From an uncultured Candidatus Poseidoniales archaeon (GTDB lineage: Archaea; Thermoplasmatota; Poseidoniia; Poseidoniales; Poseidoniaceae), in assembly GCA_000246735.1 (NCBI GenBank), contig CM001443.1:1176777-1240776 (forward strand): DNA of 64,000 nt, written 5' to 3'. The notes beneath the pieces are model-generated. The model was not told where the DNA came from. It worked only from the letters and a program-made list of their open reading frames with translations, and made no database searches. A program made the translations under genes and the position numbers. Shown here piece after piece: positions 1 to 7,282 of this stretch; the stretch's first letter is position 1; the number at the start of each line of letters is the position of its first letter.

Positions 1-842
1 TGATCTTCGCTTGGTGAAATGATTCCGTCTTCGAGGACAAGTTCAACAACGCTTCGATAGTCTTCGAAGTCTCGAACATCCCTTGCATCGAGCACTACGC
101 CGTTCTTCTCAGCGACGATGTCAGTGCCGCCTGGGTCGTCTACGAACAGAACCAAGGATGCTGCCTTGAGTTTCTCATCGCGTAATTCGAGTGAAATACG
201 AACCCCTTCAAGGGTAGCATAGACAAGGTTGGAATTGGTGTTGATGACATTGGCGATTGAACGTGCGGTGTCTGCTGCGTTTCGTCCTTTACGCCATCCG
301 TTTGGGTCGGCAACGTTGAATTCGTAAAATTCAGTTCCTTTGCCCGGATACTCGAGACGGATTTCCTCGCCTCCATCAAACTCATTCGCAACAATGGTGA
401 GGGCGGCCACTTCAGTGGAAACAATGTTGTCATCATCATCAAAACTAATCATCAGAGGTTTTCGATCTTCTGTTGCTGTGTTGAAGTGCCCTTTCATCCC
501 AGACATCCATTTGTCTTCCAAGCGGCCAAGTGATGCTTCTTGCTCTTCAGATAGGTTGGAATCGACACCAAGCACACCAGCAAGACTTCCTGATGCGATG
601 TCCTTCTTGAATTCCTCAATCATTTCTGCGTCTTGGCGATAGGTTGGCGGTGGCATCCTTTCGGATTCTTCAACATAGTCCGGGTCGGCCCATTCGTGGT
701 TGCATCCAACGCACATGAGGTACCCCTTCATCGTTGAGGATTGGGCTTCACCGCCACATCGTGGGCAATCGCCGCCTTCGGTGTACTCGAGATTCTCGAC
801 AGCATCGCGACGACCTTTCCGTATGTTCCCAAAGCCTGCCAT
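1..842 (-). CDS. Hypothetical zinc-ribbon protein, partial (continues past the left edge; not in the supplied ORF track)
   Basis: Hand translation of the minus strand from the ATG at 840-842 gives MAGFGNIRKGRRDAVENLEYTEGGDCPRCGGEAQSSTMKGYLMCVGCNHEW... Every codon was checked down to position 3 and no stop was found. It has a CxxC-x14-CxxC ribbon and an acidic remainder. No family recognised. Confidence 0.5.
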   Translation of the reverse strand, partial: MAGFGNIRKGRRDAVENLEYTEGGDCPRCGGEAQSSTMKGYLMCVGCNHEWADPDYVEESERMPPPTYRQDAEMIEEFKKDIASGSLAGVLGVDSNLSEEQEASLGRLEDKWMSGMKGHFNTATEDRKPLMISFDDDDNIVSTEVAALTIVANEFDGGEEIRLEYPGKGTEFYEFNVADPNGWRKGRNAADTARSIANVINTNSNLVYATLEGVRISLELRDEKLKAASLVLFVDDPGGTDIVAEKNGVVLDARDVRDFEDYRSVVELVLEDGIISPSED

Positions 843-904
843 AGACGGGCGAGGCGATTGGCTTTCTATCAATTCTTTGGGCGAATTAAATGGTGAGAAC
901 AAAA

Positions 905-1750
905 TTAATTCAACTTTGGAACGGCTTTCATTCCATAGCGAATCAGACCTTCTTGAGCGTAAATTCGGCGAACGACGAACGTAACTTCGTCACCAATTGC
1001 AGGTTCGTATTGTTCGTCATCAGCAACCAGAAACACGCCGCATGGTCCTTGTTCAAAGCGAACAAAGACGGTTTGGATGCCCCCGAGAACAGGCGCTCTA
1101 AGCGCAAATTCGGATGGTGCACCTGCTGCACTCAGTTTGGTCCAAGATTCGACGATGGCAGAGGCCATGAGTGGTTGGCTTGGTGATTCGAGTCGCTGAC
1201 CATCTGCATCGAGTTGTCGAGGTGGCCAGATGAGGTTGGCATTCGTTGATTGAGCCATGAAGGCAAGACGTGCCGCTGCTCCCTCCATGTAGGCTGCTTC
1301 AGAAACATAAGCGCCTTGTGATACATGGGCTGGTTTCAATTCCTGCTCCCAAGCAGTTTGGATGTCGGCGTAAAAGGTCGGATCGAGTGATTCAAGTTCA
1401 GCAGGGCCGTGAAAACCTAAGTTTCGTTCCAAATTATTGGTGAACACGAGTGTTGCTTCTTCGCCCACCAAGAGGTTCCATTCACATGCCTCAGTGTTTT
1501 CATCATCACACACGACTGTGGTTCCAGTTGCGCTCTTTACTGCGGACGGATTCACCAATGGAAGGCTTCGCATGGTGGCAATTTCTGTACCCCTGCTCGA
1601 CAACAGGTGAAGGCCAGCAATGGCCATCGTTGTGTAGTCTGAGTCTGCGCCAAAGACAATTGTTCCGTCATGAGTGAAGGGCGACTGAATCATGAGGGCC
1701 TCACTGTCAAACATGGCTAAGTAGCCTTGCCAATCGACAACCTCGTTCAT
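905..1750 (-). CDS. DUF35-like OB-fold protein with an unrecognised ~190-aa N-terminal extension (thiolase partner)
   Basis: Its start overlaps the thiolase stop by 4 nt. The C-terminal GGIQTVFVRFEQGPCGVFLVADDEQYEPAIGDEVTFVVRRIYAQEGLIRYGMKAVP resembles the acyl-CoA-associated DUF35 OB fold. It has no CxxC...CxxC ribbon. Confidence 0.55.
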   Translation of the reverse strand: MNEVVDWQGYLAMFDSEALMIQSPFTHDGTIVFGADSDYTTMAIAGLHLLSSRGTEIATMRSLPLVNPSAVKSATGTTVVCDDENTEACEWNLLVGEEATLVFTNNLERNLGFHGPAELESLDPTFYADIQTAWEQELKPAHVSQGAYVSEAAYMEGAAARLAFMAQSTNANLIWPPRQLDADGQRLESPSQPLMASAIVESWTKLSAAGAPSEFALRAPVLGGIQTVFVRFEQGPCGVFLVADDEQYEPAIGDEVTFVVRRIYAQEGLIRYGMKAVPKLN

Positions 1751-2919
1751 CCTCTGTCCCTCCCAAAGACGTGCACAGCGCAGGTCGCACCTGAACCGCC
1801 GACATTGTGGGTGATGCCAATTTCAGCGTCCCTTATTTGTCGTGCGTCTTCCACGCTGCCTCGAAGTTGCTTGAACACCTCCACTGCTTGCCCTGTGCCA
1901 GTTGCACCGAGTGGGTGGCCTTTGGATTTGAGGCCGCCGCTTGGGTTAATACAGACGTCGCCTTGGTTCCTCACGCCACGTTGTTCACGTGCGAACACCC
2001 CGCCTTCGCCTCGGTCAGCAAAACCAAGATCTTCAGTGGCCATAAGTTCAGCAATGGTAAAGCAATCATGCACTTCTGCTAAATCGACGTCCGCAGCAGT
2101 GATGCCAGCGGCTTTGTAAGCTGCGTTCGAGGCTTGTTGTGTGGCACGAACCTGAGTGATGCTTGGTCGATCGTGGAGGGCGAGGAAGTCCGAGCCCGCA
2201 CCTGAGGAGCGCAACCAGACGGGGTCGTCTGTAAATTGACGAACAACATGATCGGCGGCCAAGATCACCGCAGAGGCTCCGTCAGAAGTTGGACAGCAAT
2301 CGTACAAAGTTAACGGGTCGGCAACCATGAATCCACTCTGGGCCTTTTCGAAGGAGACCTCCTTACGGATGTGCGCCATTTCGTTTTCAAACCCGTGAAG
2401 GTGATTTTTGACGCTGATGTTGACAAGGTCATCGTGTGTTGAATCGTATTCGTGGAAGTGGCGACGTGCCATGAGTGCGTAGGTTCCAGGGAATGTCAGA
2501 CCGGCCAATCGTTCCCATTCAGTATCGCCAGAAACGCCAAGCCAGAACCGTCGACGTTCTGGTGAAAGGTCATTCATTTTCTCGATGCCACCAGCAACCA
2601 CGACGTCGGCCTGGCCGCTTTTGATGGCCATCCAAGCATCACGTAGGGCAAATCCAGATGAAGCGCAAGCGTTCTCAACCCGGCGCACTGGAATCCCTTC
2701 AAGCCCTGAGTGTTCAGTCAACAGCGCTGCTGTATTTCCAAGTTGGCCACCGCCGAATGCGACGCTACCAATGAAGGCTTCATCGACACACCGTGGCTCG
2801 AAATTCTGGTCAACGCTTGCAAAAGCACGCTCGGCAGCTTCTGCCCACATCCCTTTCAATCCTGAAGGGTGGTTTCCGTACTTCGTTTGACCCGCACCAA
2901 TGACGGCGACATCGACCAT
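1747..2919 (-). CDS. Thiolase (archaeal acetyl-CoA C-acetyltransferase type)
   Basis: MVDVAVIGAGQTKYG start, NACASSGFAL active-site Cys region, and C-terminal GITHNVGGSGATCAVHVF. A GGGAGG Shine-Dalgarno sits just upstream of the ATG at 2919, so the 2943 start in the ORF track is probably too long. Confidence 0.9.
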   Translation of the reverse strand: MVDVAVIGAGQTKYGNHPSGLKGMWAEAAERAFASVDQNFEPRCVDEAFIGSVAFGGGQLGNTAALLTEHSGLEGIPVRRVENACASSGFALRDAWMAIKSGQADVVVAGGIEKMNDLSPERRRFWLGVSGDTEWERLAGLTFPGTYALMARRHFHEYDSTHDDLVNISVKNHLHGFENEMAHIRKEVSFEKAQSGFMVADPLTLYDCCPTSDGASAVILAADHVVRQFTDDPVWLRSSGAGSDFLALHDRPSITQVRATQQASNAAYKAAGITAADVDLAEVHDCFTIAELMATEDLGFADRGEGGVFAREQRGVRNQGDVCINPSGGLKSKGHPLGATGTGQAVEVFKQLRGSVEDARQIRDAEIGITHNVGGSGATCAVHVFGRDRG

Positions 2920-3030
2920 GAACCTCCCAACAGCCGTCAGCATTTGATTGAGTCGGTCCTTGAAATTGCATCATGAAACAATCTGATTCCAGCGCAGGTA
3001 CTAAGAACAGGCCACAACCGCCCATCAAAC

Positions 3031-3726
3031 ATGCTACGACAGTGCAGAAGCCACGGCCACTTCAAAGGCGCCAACTGCCCAACTTGCAACGAAGAAGGAA
3101 AATTCATCATGAGTGACCGTGAATCCAACTCGCTTGGACGAATGCTTGCTTTGGTTCTCCGACACGCTCCTGAAAAATTCAATGTGGAAATGGACATCAA
3201 CGGATGGGTCAACTCACGTGAACTCTCTGAAAACATCGCCAAGCAACGCCGCCATTACCATTGGCTTCGTGGATGGCACTTCGCTGCAATCGCTAGCGCT
3301 GACGACAAAGGTCGCTACCAAGTTGAGGGTGACATGCTTCGCGCAACCTACGGGCACTCGATTGAATTGGAACTCGATCTACCAACTGACAACATCCCAG
3401 AAGCTCTCTACTGGCCATGTGAAGTCGAACAAGTTCCAACCATCAAGGAACTCGGTATTACCGCAGGCGACCGAAAGCACGTTCACTTGTCAAAATCCAT
3501 CAGCAACGCCATGGAAGCAGGGCACGTCCGCATTAACCGACCCGCCATTCTTGAGGTTGACACAGTTCGTGCCATCGCTGACGGTCATGTGATCTACCGT
3601 GCTGGTACAACCGTTTACCTCGTCGATGAGATGCCAGGTGAATACCTCTACCAAATCGAAGAAGACGACCCAATGGTGCTCGAGATGATTGCCCAATGGG
3701 AACTTGAAGAACAAGAAGAAGAGTGA
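3031..3726 (+). CDS. kptA: RNA 2'-phosphotransferase (Tpt1/KptA family) with an N-terminal Cys/His knuckle
   Basis: Tpt1-family blocks: LGRMLALVLRHAPEKF, INGWV, RYQVEGDMLRATYGHS, HVHLS. The N-terminus carries CRSHGHFKGANCPTC and the C-terminal tail is acidic. Confidence 0.85.
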   Translation: MLRQCRSHGHFKGANCPTCNEEGKFIMSDRESNSLGRMLALVLRHAPEKFNVEMDINGWVNSRELSENIAKQRRHYHWLRGWHFAAIASADDKGRYQVEGDMLRATYGHSIELELDLPTDNIPEALYWPCEVEQVPTIKELGITAGDRKHVHLSKSISNAMEAGHVRINRPAILEVDTVRAIADGHVIYRAGTTVYLVDEMPGEYLYQIEEDDPMVLEMIAQWELEEQEEE

Positions 3727-3729
3727 ACT

Positions 3730-4125
3730 TCACTTTTCTTGTCCACATGCTGGGCAGAAACTCAAGTCCGCCTCAAGGTGTGACCCACAGCCTGCACACT
3801 GCATGCTGCCTGTTTTCAGTGCCTCGATTTTGTTGACGGGTGGCGCAACTGGATCATTCAACTTTGGTTTGACCAATCGCAACGGGTCCAGACCGTGCTC
3901 TTGGAGTTCGCGGTAACGGTTGCCAAAGATGATGGCTTCCTGTATGGCTGCTTCAATTTGCCATTGGCGGTGTTGTTGTTCCTTCGCATCTGGAATATCG
4001 GTTGATTCCTCGAGCACTGCTTGCAAGTGTCGCATGAAATCACTAAGGGTTGGTCCTTCTGCCATGTGCATGGCTTTTGGCCCTGCCTCATCAATGCTTG
4101 GTGCAGTCCTTGCTCTCGATTCCAT
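3730..4125 (-). CDS. Hypothetical protein with a C-terminal zinc ribbon
   Basis: 131-aa ORF ending in CAGCGSHLEADLSFCPACG (CxxC-x10-CxxC). The start could instead be the internal MHMAEG (4071). No family recognised. Confidence 0.5.
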   Translation of the reverse strand: MESRARTAPSIDEAGPKAMHMAEGPTLSDFMRHLQAVLEESTDIPDAKEQQHRQWQIEAAIQEAIIFGNRYRELQEHGLDPLRLVKPKLNDPVAPPVNKIEALKTGSMQCAGCGSHLEADLSFCPACGQEK

Positions 4126-4163
4126 TGAGGCAACCTCATGTGCCGCATCCTTTTGGAAAGGCC

Positions 4164-4976
4164 ATGCGTGAGCGTGTGGTCATCAAATGGGGCGGTGGCC
4201 TAATCACGGATAAGACAACGCTTTGCACACCAAAACTGGATGTGATTGAGGCCTTGGCAACTTCAGTCCGTCGCTGTTTGGACAACGACTTGGATGTAAT
4301 TCTCGTCCATGGCGCTGGTTCATATGGCCACCTCCGTGCCAAGCATTGGCGGCTCAATGAAGGTCGCGTCGATGCGGATTTCACTCCGGACGATCAGTGC
4401 CAATCTCAAGCCGATGCAGTCGCATGTGTGCGAGAAGAAATGTTGGCGCTCAATGACCATGTATGTAGCGCACTTCAACAACAAGGCGTCCCAACGGTGA
4501 TTCACCCTCCACATCATTGGGCTGAAGGCGTTGGTGCTGAATTTGAAGGGGATCTTGCTCGGTTCAATGTGAGGGCAGGAACGGTGGCTGTCACGTTTGG
4601 TGATGTGGTGCCTGTTGCCGGCGATGCGGAATTTGGTATTCTCTCAGGCGATGACTTGGTGTACCGCTTAGCGACAGAAGTGCCGTATGTGGAACGTTTG
4701 GTCTTTGCCATTGGCGGCGTTGATGGTTTGCTTCGTTGCCCACCTGAGCGTGCTACAGAAGACGATCTGATCGAAGAATGGTCGCCATCAATCGCCTTTG
4801 AAGGCACCCATCAAAGTGAAATCGATGTCACGGGGGGCATTGGCCTCAAAGCTGCACGTGGGGCTCAGGCTGCTGCAAAAGGTGTTGAAGTTCTCATGGT
4901 CAATGGCGGTCATGCCGATCGTGTTTTTGATGCCTGCATGGGCCGGGAAGTGCGTGGAACACGCGTGGTCAGTTGA
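4164..4976 (+). CDS. ipk: Isopentenyl phosphate kinase
   Basis: Amino-acid-kinase fold with VVIKWGGGLITDK and ILVHGAGSYGH. The ORF-track start at 4050 would overlap the divergent gene, so ATG 4164 (MRERVVIKWGGG) is preferred. Confidence 0.85.
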   Translation: MRERVVIKWGGGLITDKTTLCTPKLDVIEALATSVRRCLDNDLDVILVHGAGSYGHLRAKHWRLNEGRVDADFTPDDQCQSQADAVACVREEMLALNDHVCSALQQQGVPTVIHPPHHWAEGVGAEFEGDLARFNVRAGTVAVTFGDVVPVAGDAEFGILSGDDLVYRLATEVPYVERLVFAIGGVDGLLRCPPERATEDDLIEEWSPSIAFEGTHQSEIDVTGGIGLKAARGAQAAAKGVEVLMVNGGHADRVFDACMGREVRGTRVVS

Positions 4977-5055
4977 GCAACCATTCCGTCAGGATGATGG
5001 AAATTGAGAGAACTCTTCATGTAGCGACCGCGCATCGATTGGATTAGGGATTGCT

Positions 5056-6813
5056 ATGGCAGGTTACGGAATTTCTGATGTCCCGACCATTGAACTGGCT
5101 GATGATGAGCAGAAGTTGTTGTCGTCATTGGGTGCTGACTCCACTCAGTCAGCCCTCATGGCAGAGGCCATTATTCTCACAGATGAATGGGACCAAGTCA
5201 TTGGCCCAGGTTCAAAGATTGCTGCTCACCGGGGCACTGGTGCCTACCATCGTGCCTTCAGCGTCCTGCTTTTTGACAATCAAAAGCGCCTTTTGCTTCA
5301 ACGCCGAGCCTCCGATAAAGTCACCTTCCCCGGTGTATGGGCAAACTCTTGCTGCTCCCACCCTCTCCACTGTGATGAGGAAATGGAAGAGGCAGATGCC
5401 ATCGGTTCCAAGCGTGCCGCAGTGCGCAAGTTGGAGCAAGAATTGGGGATCGCTCCAGGACAGGTTCCTCTTGACTCATTTCACTTCATCACCAAGATGA
5501 GGTACAGTTCTCGAATGAATGAAACATGGACCGAACGAGAAATCGACCACATTCTCGTCATTCAGGCCGATGTCGATCTTGACCCCAACCCCAATGAAAT
5601 TTCTGAGATCAAGTGGGTCTCCGAAGAAGAACTCGAAGCTCTGCTCATCGATGAAGAACAGACTGAGGGCGTCATCGCACCGTGGTTCCGTTGCATCGCT
5701 GCACGGGTCATGGATGAAACATGGTGGGACGCTGTTGGGGATGCAGATGCCCTTGCTGAATTGGTCGACGGAAAAATCCACGATATGGGTGATGTGAGTC
5801 ACCTGTTGCCCGATGCGCAAGGTGCTGACCTGATGACTTCCCTTGCTGAAGTCAAACCACTCGTCGAGGCAAGAATTGAACGAGCCCTCACCCATACCTC
5901 CCACCCTCGCCTCTCTGGTGCAATGATGCACTTGGTGGAGGGCGGTGGCAAGCGACTTCGCGCATGCATACCATGGATGGTCGCAAAGGCTGTTGGCGAC
6001 ACACATGCAGGTTTGCTTGATGTTGGGGCAGCAATTGAAACCATTCACAATTTCACGTTGGTTCACGACGACATCATGGACGATGATGACATTCGACGTG
6101 GTCGAAATGCTGTTCACATCGAATATGACTTGCCAACTGCAATCAATGCAGGCGACGCCATGCTCGCCATTGCGTTCGAAGCAATGGCCGTTGCAGAAGG
6201 CATTGAACACGCCATGCTTCCATTCTTGGTCAAGCGCATTGGTCGGATGGTTCGCAGGGTCTCTGAAGGGCAGCAACTTGACATTGATTTCGAAACCATG
6301 GGCAGCGTTTCAGAAGACCAGTACATCGAAATGATCACCGGTAAGACCGCTGTGATGTTCCTCACTTGTGCAGAGATTGGTGCCTACCTCTCTGGAGCAG
6401 ATGAAGAAACGGTGCAATGCATGCATGATTGGGGTCTCGCAGTCGGCTTGTGCTTCCAATTGATGGATGACTTGATCGATGCCCTTTCGGATTCAGAAAC
6501 ACTTGGAAAGCCATGTGGCTCTGACATTGCTCAAGGAAAGAGGACCTTGATGGTGATTCATGCCCTTCGCCAACCTGAAAGCGAAACGAAGGATACACTT
6601 CTCGGCGTTCTTGGAAAAGGAGATGCTGCATCTCAAGAAGAAATCGATGCCGGATTGAAGGCACTTGGTGATCTTGGCTCAATCCAATACGCACGTGAAC
6701 GTGCAGAGGCCTACCACTCAAAGGCTCACGAATGCTTGAACCAACTGTCTGATGGACCTGCACTACGAGCTCTCCGGGAACTCACAGATTTCCAATTGCA
6801 ACGGATCAGCTGA
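5056..6813 (+). CDS. Fusion protein: type-1 isopentenyl-diphosphate isomerase (N-terminal) + geranylgeranyl-diphosphate synthase (C-terminal)
   Basis: N-terminal half: HRAFSVLLFDNQKRLLLQRRASDKVTFPGVWANSCCSHP, WTEREIDHILV, PWFRCIAARVMDETWWD (IDI1/Nudix fold). C-terminal half: FTLVHDDIMDDDDIRRG and FQLMDDLID Asp-rich motifs of trans-prenyl synthases, with Phe at position -5 (C20 signature). It is a single open frame of 585 codons. Confidence 0.85.
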   Translation: MAGYGISDVPTIELADDEQKLLSSLGADSTQSALMAEAIILTDEWDQVIGPGSKIAAHRGTGAYHRAFSVLLFDNQKRLLLQRRASDKVTFPGVWANSCCSHPLHCDEEMEEADAIGSKRAAVRKLEQELGIAPGQVPLDSFHFITKMRYSSRMNETWTEREIDHILVIQADVDLDPNPNEISEIKWVSEEELEALLIDEEQTEGVIAPWFRCIAARVMDETWWDAVGDADALAELVDGKIHDMGDVSHLLPDAQGADLMTSLAEVKPLVEARIERALTHTSHPRLSGAMMHLVEGGGKRLRACIPWMVAKAVGDTHAGLLDVGAAIETIHNFTLVHDDIMDDDDIRRGRNAVHIEYDLPTAINAGDAMLAIAFEAMAVAEGIEHAMLPFLVKRIGRMVRRVSEGQQLDIDFETMGSVSEDQYIEMITGKTAVMFLTCAEIGAYLSGADEETVQCMHDWGLAVGLCFQLMDDLIDALSDSETLGKPCGSDIAQGKRTLMVIHALRQPESETKDTLLGVLGKGDAASQEEIDAGLKALGDLGSIQYARERAEAYHSKAHECLNQLSDGPALRALRELTDFQLQRIS

Positions 6814-6833
6814 GCGAATCTATTTTGATTGAT

Positions 6834-7277
6834 TCACCACGGTGCATACATGCCTTCTTGCAACACTTCAGCGTACCAGCGTGTTTGTTGAGGCGTTTTC
6901 TTGTGTGAGAGGGCCATGAAGTTCTCCTGAACAAACGATGCTTTGATTGTCTTACATGGTGGTGCATCACCTGTGATTCGCAGTTTGACATGCTCGGTCT
7001 TAAGGATTGTACCAATGTCGAGTTCGTTCCAGACGATGCCACGAATCAAGAGGTTCTCACCAGTTGTTCCTCCAGCGATTGGATGGCCTTCGGCCTGCAA
7101 GCGTTCCATCACATCAGTTGACATGAGGCAGACGGCTCGGGTTGGACCACCGTGGTGTTTCAAATCGTTCTGCCGATCACCAATACAACCGTTGGTTGTT
7201 ATTTGCAGTGACTCAACCATGCCTTTGGGCACACCACCTTGAGGTGAGACAAACAGGCCCTCAACCGAGCCGGTCAT
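6834..7277 (-). CDS. MOSC domain protein (YiiM-like)
   Basis: GVPKG...GCIGDRQNDLKHHGGPTRAVCLMS, GENLLIRG and a conserved Cys in APPCKT. The ATG at 7277 lies 5 nt after the EF-2 stop. Confidence 0.75.
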   Translation of the reverse strand: MTGSVEGLFVSPQGGVPKGMVESLQITTNGCIGDRQNDLKHHGGPTRAVCLMSTDVMERLQAEGHPIAGGTTGENLLIRGIVWNELDIGTILKTEHVKLRITGDAPPCKTIKASFVQENFMALSHKKTPQQTRWYAEVLQEGMYAPW

Positions 7278-7282
7278 CTTGC

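Noticed and set aside
5476-6276. 266-aa minus-strand ORF. Similar long antisense ORFs lie at 7556-8329, 22709-23344, 35472-36113, 48840-49640 and 61454-62089.
   Set aside because: Each is antisense to a gene with strong motif evidence (GGPPS, EF-2, psmA, Lhr, ArsA, P-type ATPase). Their compositions look like reverse-frame artefacts rather than proteins.
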